64,000 nucleotides of DNA. Source: an uncultured cyanobacterium (GTDB taxonomy: Bacteria; Cyanobacteriota; Cyanobacteriia; Cyanobacteriales; CAWCAG01). Under the pieces are notes generated by a model. It worked only from the letters and a program-made list of their open reading frames with translations. It ran no database searches and had not been told where the DNA came from. The translations under genes and the position numbers were made by a program. Within the stretch, counting starts at the first letter, position 1; each line of letters begins with the position of its first letter. Where the stretch lies: NCBI GenBank assembly GCA_963803805.1, contig CAWDOD010000004.1, positions 96,001 through 160,000 on the forward strand, given 5' to 3'. Positions 42,492 through 52,715 of this stretch are shown piece after piece.

Positions 42492-45026
42492 ATTAGCGCC
42501 GATATAACTACCACAGGGCAATTTATTGCCACCGAACCTCTGGGTAAAAGTGGCGAAGCCGCAGAGAAACAAGTTTGGGAAGCCATCCAAGCTGCTTTTG
42601 GAGAAAGAGAATGTTTAGGCTATTGGCGCTACCCTATTTTTTCTCAGGTGGGGCAGTATCGCCGGGAACCAGATATTCTCATTGCTGATCGCCAGTTGGG
42701 ATTGATTGTTATTGAAGTCAAAGCCCTGAAGATTGAACAAATTGTCCAAATTTCTGGGCATTGCTGGGAATACCAAAACTTTTATACAACTAGAGGTAAT
42801 CCCTATCAACAGGCAGAACAGCAACTCTATACACTCTTGGAGTATAGCGATCGCGAACCAAGTTTAAAAGGGCAAGTTACGGGGCGGGCTTTGGTTGCTT
42901 TACCTTTAATTGAGGAAAGTCAGTGGCAGGAAAGAGGATTTAAGCAACTACCCTCTTCTCCCCCTATTTTGCATCAAGATGTCCTCCAACCAGAAACCAG
43001 ACAGCCACTCTACCAACTCATTGCTAAAATTCCCCCCCTCACTCCGAACAATCAGCTCTCTACCGAACAGTGGCGATTACTTCTTGCCACCTTAGCTGGC
43101 ACTCCTCTCTATTGCCCGCCTACCCACCGTGTCCTCACTGCTGAGACTTCTAGGGGCCACATCTTACAACAAATACGTGCCAGGGTAGGTATCTTCGACT
43201 GGGAATCTGAACGCATTGCCAAACAAATTCCTCCGGGGCCACAACGTCTTAGGGGGGTTGCAGGTTCAGGAAAATCCGTTGTGCTATGTCAAAAGGCGGC
43301 CCATTTGCACCTAAAATATCCCCATTGGCAAATTGCTTTAGTGTTTTTCTCCCGCAGTCTTTACTACCCGATTGTAGACCAAGTAGATCGCTGGCTGCGG
43401 CATTTTAGCTGCGATGAAGTAGGTTATGATCCCCAAAACCCCAACCTACGCATTCTCCATGGTTGGGGTAGTTTGCAGCAACCAGGTTTGTATAGTGTGC
43501 TTTGTCGTCAAACTGGCATCCCACCTCTCACTGTGGGAGATACCCGCAGTAGACAACCTACCGAAGCCCTAGCCCAAGCTTGTAAAGACTTACTGCAACA
43601 GGCTGCCATTCCCCAACTTTTTGATGCTATCCTCATTGATGAAGGGCAGGATTTATTAGTAGATCGAGAGTATAAGTATCAGGATAAACAACCTTTCTAT
43701 TGGTTAGCTTATCAGGCCTTGCGCCCTGCAAACCCAGCCCAACCAGAACAAAAAAGGTTGATCTGGGCTGATGATGAAGCACAGAGTTTAACTAGTCTCC
43801 GGGTAGCTAATGCTAAAGAACTGTTCGGGGAAGAATTAGCCCATTTAGTTACTGGTGAATACAGTGATGGTATACCCAAAACGGCCCTGTTGTCCCGTTC
43901 CTACCGTACACCAGAACCCATTTTGACCCTAGCCCAAGCCCTGAGTATGGGCTTCCTCAAACGAGGGGGTATGTTGACAGGGGTAAGTACCTTAGCAGAC
44001 TGGCAAGGATTAGGCTATCAACCTGAAATCACCCATAGTCCTCTAGGGAGGGGAACAGTTCTCAGCCTTGCTCGTATAGAGGACAACTGCCCTCATCCCC
44101 TGCCTCAACTTTGGCCTCAAGAAATGATTAAGTTTCAAATTTATGGCGATCGCACTTCAGAATTAGAGGCCTTGGCTCAGAATTTGTTCTATAATCTCCG
44201 CTATGATGGTTTGCGTCCTAGTCGGGAATTATTAATAATAATCCTTGGTAGTGGTTTAGAGGCTATACAGCTAGAAAAAAGAGTAGCCCAATTTTTGATC
44301 GCTCAGGGTTTGGATATTTATATTCCTAGTACTAACACTCATAACCAGCTTCGCTCTGATAAAAGTAATTCTCAACCCAACCAATTTTGGTACGAAGGGG
44401 CAATTACCATTAGTCGTATTCACAGAGCGAAGGGTCAGGAGGCAGATCTAGTTTATTTAGTTGGTTTAGATCAAATTGCCAAAGAAGAAGATAACCTCTA
44501 TCACCGTAACCAACTCTTAGTAGCCTTAACCAGAACTAGAGGTTGGGTTCATCTCAGTGGCATTGACAGCTATCCTCTATACGAAGAACTCCACAGTATT
44601 ATCCACAAGGGTAATAGCTTCAGTTGTCGTCAAGATCGTCCTCCCCAAAGACAAATTTGTCTTAGCCCTGCCGGGGAACTGCTACAACGCTATAACCAAG
44701 GTAGTAGAAATTTCCAGAATATTCATCTGCCGATGGCACAACTACCAGGAGTTAATCTCTCTCAAGCCAATTTAATCGGGGCTAATCTCGAAGGTGCTAA
44801 TTTAGAAGGAGCGATCTTAGATGGAGCTAAATTGGCGATCGCTAATTTGGTGGGAGCGAATCTCTCTGGTGTCAGTCTGCGTAAGGCTCAATTAATAGGG
44901 GCTAATCTCAAAGGTGCTAAGCTTAGAAATGCTGATTTACAGTTTGCAGATTTAACAGATACTTTCCTTGAAGGAGCAGATTTGAGGGGAACTTTACTGG
45001 AGCAAAACGAAAGCACTTTTAAATGA
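42492..45026 (+). CDS. NERD-like nuclease, SF1 (UvrD-like) helicase and pentapeptide repeats; start uncertain (ATT 42492 or ATA 42504)
   Basis: EPDILI...IEVK (PD-(D/E)xK), GVAGSGKS, ILIDEGQD, YRTP, IHRAKGQE, VALTRTR, C-terminal ANL.G repeats. The frame is open upstream of 42648. Confidence 0.85.
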   Translation: MSADITTTGQFIATEPLGKSGEAAEKQVWEAIQAAFGERECLGYWRYPIFSQVGQYRREPDILIADRQLGLIVIEVKALKIEQIVQISGHCWEYQNFYTTRGNPYQQAEQQLYTLLEYSDREPSLKGQVTGRALVALPLIEESQWQERGFKQLPSSPPILHQDVLQPETRQPLYQLIAKIPPLTPNNQLSTEQWRLLLATLAGTPLYCPPTHRVLTAETSRGHILQQIRARVGIFDWESERIAKQIPPGPQRLRGVAGSGKSVVLCQKAAHLHLKYPHWQIALVFFSRSLYYPIVDQVDRWLRHFSCDEVGYDPQNPNLRILHGWGSLQQPGLYSVLCRQTGIPPLTVGDTRSRQPTEALAQACKDLLQQAAIPQLFDAILIDEGQDLLVDREYKYQDKQPFYWLAYQALRPANPAQPEQKRLIWADDEAQSLTSLRVANAKELFGEELAHLVTGEYSDGIPKTALLSRSYRTPEPILTLAQALSMGFLKRGGMLTGVSTLADWQGLGYQPEITHSPLGRGTVLSLARIEDNCPHPLPQLWPQEMIKFQIYGDRTSELEALAQNLFYNLRYDGLRPSRELLIIILGSGLEAIQLEKRVAQFLIAQGLDIYIPSTNTHNQLRSDKSNSQPNQFWYEGAITISRIHRAKGQEADLVYLVGLDQIAKEEDNLYHRNQLLVALTRTRGWVHLSGIDSYPLYEELHSIIHKGNSFSCRQDRPPQRQICLSPAGELLQRYNQGSRNFQNIHLPMAQLPGVNLSQANLIGANLEGANLEGAILDGAKLAIANLVGANLSGVSLRKAQLIGANLKGAKLRNADLQFADLTDTFLEGADLRGTLLEQNESTFK

Positions 45027-45065
45027 CTCTAAGGAAAAGATATAGCTAAACAAAAGGCAAAGAAG

Positions 45066-45782
45066 CTAGTGGAGAACCTTCTGTTGGGCTTCTAACAAGT
45101 CTTTAATCCCTTTTTCGGCTAAATCCATTATTTGGTTAAGTTGGCTACGGCTATAACTTCCTTCCTCTGCTGTTCCTTGTACTTCAATAATACCCATTTC
45201 TCCATTCATCACCACATTAAAATCAACTTCTGCGGCTACATCTTCTGGGTAGTTTAAATCTAAAAAAGCTTCCCCTTCAATAATGCCTACAGAAATTGCT
45301 GCTACCGGATGACGTAGAGGGGACTTTTCTAAATCTCCTTTTTTCAGCAACTTGTTAATAGAATCAGCTACTGCAACATATCCTCCAGTAATGGAAGTTG
45401 TTCTTGTACCAGCATCAGCTTGAAGCACATCGGCATCAACAGTAATGGTATATTCTCCTAAAGCTTGGAAATCGAAACAAGCCCTTAAGCTACGCCCAAT
45501 TAAGCGTTGAATTTCTTGGGTACGTCCAGACAGTTTGAGTAATTCTCTAGGATGGCGTTGGGGAGTTGCCCCTGGTAACATTCGATATTCTGCCGTTAAC
45601 CAGCCAGTCCCCGTATCCTTGAGAAATCGGGGGACACCAGGAGAAACGCTAGCAGTACAAAGTACTTTGGTATCACCACAACAGGCAAGCACAGAAGCAG
45701 AAGCAAAGCGAGTGTAGTCTAATTCAAAACTGTGGGGACGTAACTGATCTGGTTGACGATTATCGGGACGTTGCCAAGGCAT
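45066..45782 (-). CDS. rph: Ribonuclease PH
   Basis: [34 protein letters not shown]. Confidence 0.97.
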   Translation of the reverse strand: MPWQRPDNRQPDQLRPHSFELDYTRFASASVLACCGDTKVLCTASVSPGVPRFLKDTGTGWLTAEYRMLPGATPQRHPRELLKLSGRTQEIQRLIGRSLRACFDFQALGEYTITVDADVLQADAGTRTTSITGGYVAVADSINKLLKKGDLEKSPLRHPVAAISVGIIEGEAFLDLNYPEDVAAEVDFNVVMNGEMGIIEVQGTAEEGSYSRSQLNQIMDLAEKGIKDLLEAQQKVLH

Positions 45783-45863
45783 AAAGATATATAGGTATTT
45801 TTTGTGGGCGCTAAAAGTTTTGCCACTGATTACTGAATTACGATTACTTGTTACTTAACGATA

Positions 45864-45948
45864 CGGAGAGGGGGAGATTCGAACTCCCGGAGCCTTTCGG
45901 CTCATCCGATTTCAAGTCGGACGCGATCGACCACTCTGCCACCTCTCC
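45864..45948 (-). tRNA. trnS: tRNA-Ser(TGA)
   Basis: GGAGAGGTGGCAGAGTGG...CTTGAAA, long variable arm, GTTCGAATC...CTCTCCG. Confidence 0.95.
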
Positions 45949-45969
45949 AGACAAGCTTTTTTTATTGTA

Positions 45970-46881
45970 TCAAGGTAAGGACTTTACCGCAGGGTCTGAG
46001 GAACTATAAAAAGTCTCTTGGGAGGCAACTTCAAATTCAGATCCTAGCCAAACTAGGGATATTTCCTCTACAACTCCATTATGGAGAGAAACTAAAGAAA
46101 AATTCCGTAACCGTTTTCCTTTCACCTCTTTGATACGAGGAACCCTAGCAGCATTAAAATAAACTGTTCCTTGGGGAGAAGTTTTAATTATGGTACGCAA
46201 TCTTTTTTTAGTATGGCGTAGGTTATGGTGCATATGACCAAAAGTTACTAGAGGAATAGTTTTTCCTAAAGTTCGTGCTTGTTCAATGGCTGAGGTTAAA
46301 TCAGGATCACCAAAGTCTCCCCCTTCTCTTTGCCAATCTCGGCCACAAATATCTTCTGGTTTATCTCCTAAGCCTGCTGGCCCTGAATGACTAAGAAAAA
46401 TGATTGTTTCGTAAGCTGTTTCTTTCGCAGCAGCAACTATTGAAGTAGTTGATTCTTCTAGGTTATTAATGCCCCAGCGATCGCGATAAATTTTATCTAT
46501 CCTTAACTGAGATCCTCCCCAACTAAAAGGACGACCTCCAACTACTGAGAGGTTAAATTGAGGAAAATCCAACTTGCCATAACCAACATGACTTTCTCCT
46601 AACAAATCTAGTTGTTGTTGAAGACGATCCTCTTTTTGCAGATCATAAGGAGGTGTTCTTCGCCAAGGATTAGCCATGTACCAGACATCATGATTGCCTA
46701 ATACCACTGCTTTGGGGATTTTGACTGAGGCAACTTTTGCTACTACATCTACAGATTCATTACCAAAATCCCCCACAAATAGTACTAAATCTACTCCTAA
46801 GTGGTGCAGGGTAATTTCATCTTCATCTTCCCAGAGGTCATGTACGTCTCCGACTACAGCAATTTTCACTTTATTTTTCAT
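45970..46881 (-). CDS. Metallophosphoesterase (TIGR04168-like)
   Basis: GDVH, FVGDFGNE, GNHD, FGHMH. Confidence 0.85.
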   Translation of the reverse strand: MKNKVKIAVVGDVHDLWEDEDEITLHHLGVDLVLFVGDFGNESVDVVAKVASVKIPKAVVLGNHDVWYMANPWRRTPPYDLQKEDRLQQQLDLLGESHVGYGKLDFPQFNLSVVGGRPFSWGGSQLRIDKIYRDRWGINNLEESTTSIVAAAKETAYETIIFLSHSGPAGLGDKPEDICGRDWQREGGDFGDPDLTSAIEQARTLGKTIPLVTFGHMHHNLRHTKKRLRTIIKTSPQGTVYFNAARVPRIKEVKGKRLRNFSLVSLHNGVVEEISLVWLGSEFEVASQETFYSSSDPAVKSLP

Positions 46882-46916
46882 CGCAATTACCCTCTTTTCA
46901 ATGATGCCTAACAGCA

Positions 46917-47237
46917 TCAGTTATCTTCTGCTGAATCTTGCTTAGCAAGCCTTTTGAACCAAGGACTTTTACTGATACTTTGGTATAGCATTGCTGAACC
47001 TGTAATTAGCATCCATAGCAAAGCTAAGCCATTAACCAGTACATAAATTGGCTCTAGAAACTTGCCCAAATACTCTCCTTCATGAATCACCATAAAAATA
47101 TGGGCTTGATCCCTAGACCAACCAAACCAACTTTTACCAATACGGTAAGTTACTCCTGTGGCTGCGGTGACGAAGAACGGAATTAGTACAATGGGAGCCA
47201 TTTTGCTGTGTAGTTTGCGAAATAAGCGCAGATCCAT
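46917..47237 (-). CDS. Small PepSY-associated TM-like protein
   Basis: RKLH...P....TA.TG..Y, IHEGEYLG, ITG. Confidence 0.75.
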   Translation of the reverse strand: MDLRLFRKLHSKMAPIVLIPFFVTAATGVTYRIGKSWFGWSRDQAHIFMVIHEGEYLGKFLEPIYVLVNGLALLWMLITGSAMLYQSISKSPWFKRLAKQDSAEDN

Positions 47238-47298
47238 ATTTTTTTAGTGTTAGATAGCCTTTAAAATCACAACTGGAAGCATTTTAACCACAAAAAGT

Positions 47299-47748
47299 TT
47301 AAACACCTTCATAGCGCATAATTTCTACAGGTAAAGAGAAGATGTTTTTGGCTAACATAGGTAAAGCAAACTTGATTTTTAGTGATTTAGGTAAATCTTG
47401 CCAAGAAACAGATACAAAACCCAAATGAGCATAGAATTGAGGCAGTTTTTTACCCAAACACTCGATGTAAAGAGGCTGGGTTGCTTGTTTCACCAAATGT
47501 TGAGCTAAATAACTTCCTAAACCGCGATCGCGCCACTTTGGTTTCACAACCAAACTACCTAATTCTTGCGCCCCTGTGAAACTGCGTAACTGTCCGCAAG
47601 CTATAATCTCTTGGGGAGAGGCAATAACCCAAAATTGTTGCCACTTTAGCTGAGTCGGGTCAAGTTTAGCTCCAAAAACCAACTTTCTAATTGACCAAAT
47701 ATCTCGTTCTGTCGCTCGGCGCAGCACATACCCCGATGGTAGTACCAT
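47299..47748 (-). CDS. GNAT acetyltransferase
   Basis: ELGSLVV..KWRDRGLGS, FY.HLGF. Confidence 0.88.
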   Translation of the reverse strand: MVLPSGYVLRRATERDIWSIRKLVFGAKLDPTQLKWQQFWVIASPQEIIACGQLRSFTGAQELGSLVVKPKWRDRGLGSYLAQHLVKQATQPLYIECLGKKLPQFYAHLGFVSVSWQDLPKSLKIKFALPMLAKNIFSLPVEIMRYEGV

Positions 47749-47948
47749 ATTAATTTGTTTTTGTTGTGGACATAGAACTTTTTTCCTGGCTTTCCTAGTT
47801 CAGAAAAATCTCTTCCCTCAATTTAGCTTCTATGAGTTACTTTGGTAATTGTGTCGCTCTAAAGAGTCGATGCTGTCGGACAGGTTAATATCTCCGGTTT
47901 CAAACATCCCTAGACCATAAACTTCAGAACTAAAAATTAATAATCTCG

Positions 47949-49622
47949 ATGTTAGTTTATCGTCATCTTATCGCGGTCAGTATAGGAGCAATTATCACTC
48001 TAGGCGGTTCTCTGCCAGCAACCTCCCAAGAAGGTCTTTCTTCTGGAGGTCGGCAAACAGCCCAAAATGTTCCTACCTTTCCTCAATCAGAAGAAATTAT
48101 TCCCCAAGATAGTAACTTCTCCATGAGCGAACCAGAGCCTCCGATGGCTCCTTTTAGTGAATCTTTACAGGGCAGGGAAGATTATATAAATCCTTTTCTG
48201 CAAATTCCAGAAGGAGTAGAAGTTCCCCTCAATATTCCTTCTCCTAATGAGAATCTCCCCATTGGTTCCCTGGAATTTCTTGATCCTAGTGCTAATCCTT
48301 TGTTATTTCCCACTGAAGCTGATGAGGTTAGGGTAGAGAATATTGAGCTTATATCTTTAGAACAGGCTATTGAGATAGCGAGGAAGAACAATAGGGATTT
48401 AGAAGAAGCCAGACTAAGCTTAGAAAGCTCCCGTGAGGGAGTGCGAGAGGCTCTAGCTTCAGAGTATCCAACCATTAGCACTCAATTGGATTTTACTCGT
48501 TCTGACTCTGCTAATAGTGAATTATCTTTCAGGCGATCGCCTCAGTTTGGCCTTTTCACTGGGGACGATGATACAATCAGCACGAGTTTTAATGGTAGCC
48601 TTGAAGTTAACTACGACCTTTTTACATCAGGAAGAAGATCGGCTCAAATTAAAGCAGCAGAAGAACAGTTGCGTCTCAACCAACTAGATTTGGAGCGTAC
48701 CGCAGAACAAATTCGTTTTGAGGCTACAGAGGCTTATTATGATTTGCAAGAAGCAGATGCTCAAGTTGTGATTGCTAGAGCTGCGGTTGAGCAAGCTGAA
48801 GCTAGTTTGACAAATAGCCAGTTGCGGGAAAGCGCTGGTTTGGGTACAAGGTTTGAAACTTTGCAAGACGCAACTCAAGTAGCAGATGCTGAGCAAAATC
48901 TTGTTCTAGCAGAATCGCAACAAAATATTGCTCGTCGTTCCATAGCCTTGGTTTTGGGCTTAGGTCAAAAGGTAGGGGTACTTGCCGTTGCTAGTGATGC
49001 TATTGTCGCTGCTGGGGAGTGGGATTTATCTTTAGAAGAGAGTATCATTCTCGCTTTGAAAAATAGGGCTGAGTTAGAGCAAGAATTAATTAGAAGAAAT
49101 ATTAGTGATCAACAAAGGCGCATTGCCCTATCTGATCTTCGTCCCCAAGCTAGTTTATTCGCTAATTACGATGTGTTGGGGGTTTTAGATGATAATTTAG
49201 GCCCAGCAGATGGTTTGACCATTGGGGCTAGGTTAAGGTGGACTCTTTTTGATGGTGGCGCAGCTAATGCGAGGGCCGAACAAGAACAAAAGAATATTGA
49301 GATTTCTGAGAATCGCTTCGACAATCAACGTAACCAAATTCGTTTGGAAGTGGAACGAGGTTATTACAATCTGATAGCAAATAAAAGAAATATTTCTACT
49401 GCCAGAGCAGCGGTGACATTAGCCGTAGAAAGATTGAGATTAGCCCGTCTGCGCTTACAAGAAGGTGTGGGTATTAAAAGTGATGAAATTTCTGCCCAAA
49501 GTGAATTAACCCGTGCCAGAAGTAATTTGGTAAGGGCTGTAGTAGATTACAACCGAGCATTATCCTCACTGCAAAGAGCAGTAACTAATTTGCCTGATGG
49601 CAAGTTGTTCGATTTACCATAG
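47949..49622 (+). CDS. TolC-family outer-membrane efflux protein
   Basis: Signal peptide, LEQAIEIA..NNRDL, two OEP repeats (GLGTRFE, GVG...D). Confidence 0.9.
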   Translation: MLVYRHLIAVSIGAIITLGGSLPATSQEGLSSGGRQTAQNVPTFPQSEEIIPQDSNFSMSEPEPPMAPFSESLQGREDYINPFLQIPEGVEVPLNIPSPNENLPIGSLEFLDPSANPLLFPTEADEVRVENIELISLEQAIEIARKNNRDLEEARLSLESSREGVREALASEYPTISTQLDFTRSDSANSELSFRRSPQFGLFTGDDDTISTSFNGSLEVNYDLFTSGRRSAQIKAAEEQLRLNQLDLERTAEQIRFEATEAYYDLQEADAQVVIARAAVEQAEASLTNSQLRESAGLGTRFETLQDATQVADAEQNLVLAESQQNIARRSIALVLGLGQKVGVLAVASDAIVAAGEWDLSLEESIILALKNRAELEQELIRRNISDQQRRIALSDLRPQASLFANYDVLGVLDDNLGPADGLTIGARLRWTLFDGGAANARAEQEQKNIEISENRFDNQRNQIRLEVERGYYNLIANKRNISTARAAVTLAVERLRLARLRLQEGVGIKSDEISAQSELTRARSNLVRAVVDYNRALSSLQRAVTNLPDGKLFDLP

Positions 49623-49734
49623 TGATGTGGGGAGACGAGCAGATATCCTCATATCCCTTTTCTCTAAATCTTATCCCTTATATTTTCTTAACATTCTATA
49701 AAATAAGAATATCGTTAAAAGAAAAAGAGGGCTG

Positions 49735-50031
49735 ATGGCTAATATCACATTTGTTAAAGAAGATAAAGAAATAATAGCTGCTGATGGGGCTAATTTAAGA
49801 GAAAAAGCTTTACAAAATGATATTGATCTCTATACCTTGAAGGGAAAGTTAATCAACTGCGGGGGATATGGACAGTGCGGCACTTGTTTGGTTGAAGTGG
49901 TTGAGGGAATAGAAAATCTTTCTGAAAAGACAGATTTTGAGAAACGCAAACTTAGTAAAAGACCCGATAATTACCGTTTAGCTTGCCAAACTATGGTTAA
50001 TGGCCCAGTAAGTGTCAAAACTAAACCATAA
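49735..50031 (+). CDS. 2Fe-2S ferredoxin
   Basis: [11 protein letters not shown] and RLACQ. Confidence 0.92.
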   Translation: MANITFVKEDKEIIAADGANLREKALQNDIDLYTLKGKLINCGGYGQCGTCLVEVVEGIENLSEKTDFEKRKLSKRPDNYRLACQTMVNGPVSVKTKP

Positions 50032-50112
50032 AATTTTGCTTATTCCTTCTATTTCAACTCGATGATATTCTAAGGGTAGTTGGTTTAAATAATTTTTAGA
50101 GGCGCTAATTAT

Positions 50113-50220
50113 ATGCAAGTAAACGATTTGGGATTTGTTGCCACAATCCTATTTGTGCTAGTTCCTACAGTTTTTTTACTAATTCTGTACATTCAAACAG
50201 CAAGTCGCGGCGAAGGTTAA
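50113..50220 (+). CDS. psbM: Photosystem II protein M
   Basis: [35 protein letters not shown]; not in the ORF track. Confidence 0.96.
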   Translation: MQVNDLGFVATILFVLVPTVFLLILYIQTASRGEG

Positions 50221-50241
50221 AAACATTCAAGCATTTGTTGG

Positions 50242-50269
50242 GAAGAGACGTTAATATCAGCGTCTCTTC
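50242..50269. terminator. Hairpin between convergent psbM and usp genes
   Basis: GAAGAGACG...CGTCTCTTC. Confidence 0.6.
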
Positions 50270-50304
50270 TCCTTTACCAGTCAATTTTCAATTGACTAAC
50301 TACT

Positions 50305-51156
50305 CTAGGTAGTTGTTCTGGTTAAAAGCACAGGGCAAGTCGCATTGACCCTAACATAATCAGATAAAGAGGTTCCTAATAAACGGTCTAGATCAGGAAG
50401 TGCCTTGGCAATAGAAGGGCGGCGATCTGGGGAACCCATAACTAGTAAATCGACGTTATTGTCCTCTATGGCTTGACAAATTTCCTTACTAGGTCTTCCT
50501 CCTGTCACCAGGCAGCTATATTTAACTCCCATACGTTTAACTTTAGTAATTGCCTCAGCTACAACAGGATTCTGTTCCATCTCACTTTGAGAAAGAGGTA
50601 GCAATTTGGGGCTTAAATCCGGATTAACCCGGAATAAAAGTAGTTTAGCTCCTGGATAATCTCTGAGCAAATAAAGAGCTAAATCTAAGCTAGATTGGGA
50701 GGCCTCAGAGCGATCTAAGGCTACCATAACATTCTTGATTTTTTTGACATAAATATCGTCTTTAACCAAGAGCATAGGACGATCCGTTAGTTGAAATACA
50801 TACTGACTAACAGAGTTTTCCAAAAATGATTCTAAACGTTGTAGACCCCGCGAACCCATAATAATTAAATCAGCATCAATTTCTTGAGCGACTTTACATA
50901 CGGTATCTTTAGGTTCTCCTTGACGAAGCATACTAGAAACTCGATCTGCTTCTATATCTAGGGATTGGATAACTTCTGCAAGAATTTTTCCTCCCTCTTC
51001 TAATTTCTTTGCCATGGTGTCTGTAGTAACTTGAGAAGGAACAACATGAAGAATATTAATAGAGGCATTCTTGATGGCAGGAATTTCTCGCAGGTATTTC
51101 AACATCTGTTCGGAATTTTCTGTTCCAGAATAAGCAAACAAAATTTTCTTAATCAT
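50305..51156 (-). CDS. Tandem-domain universal stress protein
   Basis: DLIIMGSRG, DLLVMGS, CPVLL. Confidence 0.9.
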   Translation of the reverse strand: MIKKILFAYSGTENSEQMLKYLREIPAIKNASINILHVVPSQVTTDTMAKKLEEGGKILAEVIQSLDIEADRVSSMLRQGEPKDTVCKVAQEIDADLIIMGSRGLQRLESFLENSVSQYVFQLTDRPMLLVKDDIYVKKIKNVMVALDRSEASQSSLDLALYLLRDYPGAKLLLFRVNPDLSPKLLPLSQSEMEQNPVVAEAITKVKRMGVKYSCLVTGGRPSKEICQAIEDNNVDLLVMGSPDRRPSIAKALPDLDRLLGTSLSDYVRVNATCPVLLTRTTT

Positions 51157-51353
51157 GATAATCTCTATAACAAATTAATTTTGAGAAACACTTTCTTAAT
51201 CTTAGGATTATTGTTGATTTTGTTGGTTATATTTAACGAAATATAACCAAATGTTTTTAATTGTTAATTGTCAAGCTACCAGGAATTTAGATTATTTATT
51301 AGGGTAAGGGAATAGGTAATAGGGGAAGAAATATATTAGCTTTTCCTTGTCGC

Positions 51354-52529
51354 TTATTGATAGTTGATTTGTATTTTGCTTGCTGCGGCTGTAGCTTTTC
51401 GCCTTGCTTCTTTCACGCTATTTCCTTTAGCTAAAGCAACTCCTAAACGACGTAAAGGGCGGGATTGTGCTTTGCCAAATAAACGTATATCTGTACCAGG
51501 TTCTGCTAAAGCTTCTGCTACGCCGTAGAAACTGATTTTCTCAGCATATTTTTCTGCTAAAATAACTGCGCTAGCTGAACTGGCTAGACAATTTATTTGA
51601 GAAATTGGCAAACCCAGGATAGCACGTAAATGTAACTCAAATTCATTAAGATTTTGAGAGATTAAAGTTACCATGCCAGTATCGTGAGGGCGAGGAGAAA
51701 GTTCTGAAAAAATTGCTTCATCTTTAGTGATAAAAAACTCAACACCGAAAATTCCTGCACCTCCTAAAGCATCTGTTACTTGAGTTGCGATCGCCTGAGC
51801 TTGAGCTAGTATTTCTGGTTTGATATTCGCCGGTTGCCAAGATTCTTGATAGTCTCCTCGCTCCTGCCGATGACCGATAGGAGGACAAAAAACCGTTAGT
51901 TTGTTCCACTGTTTAACTGTCAATAAAGTAATTTCAACTTCAAAATCAATAAACTCTTCAACAATAACTTTCCTCCCTTCCCCCCTTGCTCCTTCTAAGG
52001 CATTTTTCCAAGCAGTTTCAACTTCATCAACTGAGGTGATAATTGATTGCCCTTTTCCTGAAGAAGACATGACAGGTTTAATTACATTAGGAAAACCAAT
52101 TTTTTTACAAATGGTTAGTAACTCTTCTAAGCTAGTTGCATAATCATAATTTGCCGTTCTAACTCCTAACTTTTGGTTCGCTAATTCGCGAAGGCGATCA
52201 CGATTCATCGTATAATTAGTAGCCCCAGCAGTAGGAATAACAGTGAAACCTTGTTGTTCTAATTCAAGTAACTTTTCTGTGCGAATGGCTTCAATTTCTG
52301 GAACAATAAAATCCGGTTGATGCTTCTCAACAATTCTTGCTAACTCGTTGCCATCAAGCATAGAAATTACTTCCCAACCATCAGCAACCTGCATTGCTGG
52401 AGCATTGGCATAACTATCAACCGCCACCACAAAGTTACCTAGGCGTTGAGCGGCAATCACAAATTCTTTACCTAATTCTCCTGAACCTAAAAGGAGGAAT
52501 TTCTTGGGAAGTTGTAAAACTTTTTCCAT
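51354..52529 (-). CDS. purT: Formate-dependent GAR transformylase
   Basis: LLGSGELGKE, KPVMSSSGKGQS, SPRPHDTG. Confidence 0.96.
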   Translation of the reverse strand: MEKVLQLPKKFLLLGSGELGKEFVIAAQRLGNFVVAVDSYANAPAMQVADGWEVISMLDGNELARIVEKHQPDFIVPEIEAIRTEKLLELEQQGFTVIPTAGATNYTMNRDRLRELANQKLGVRTANYDYATSLEELLTICKKIGFPNVIKPVMSSSGKGQSIITSVDEVETAWKNALEGARGEGRKVIVEEFIDFEVEITLLTVKQWNKLTVFCPPIGHRQERGDYQESWQPANIKPEILAQAQAIATQVTDALGGAGIFGVEFFITKDEAIFSELSPRPHDTGMVTLISQNLNEFELHLRAILGLPISQINCLASSASAVILAEKYAEKISFYGVAEALAEPGTDIRLFGKAQSRPLRRLGVALAKGNSVKEARRKATAAASKIQINYQ

Positions 52530-52603
52530 TCACCCTTAAAAATGCTATCAAACTAGTCTATTGTAGAGCCATCTGGTAATAGTCTTTGTCAATTCTCTCT
52601 TAA

Positions 52604-52680
52604 GTAAGGGCAGGTTTATTTGGATTTAAGCAACAGCAGAGATTTAGCAGAACCCGCCCCTACAATAAATTTTGAATTTT
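52604..52680 (+). repeat. REP-like dispersed repeat, copy 2
   Basis: gtaagggcaggttt...agatttagcagaacccgcccctaca imperfect palindrome with the shared tail. Confidence 0.65.
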
Positions 52681-52715
52681 GAATTTATGCTACTCCCTGC
52701 TCCCTTCTTCACACA

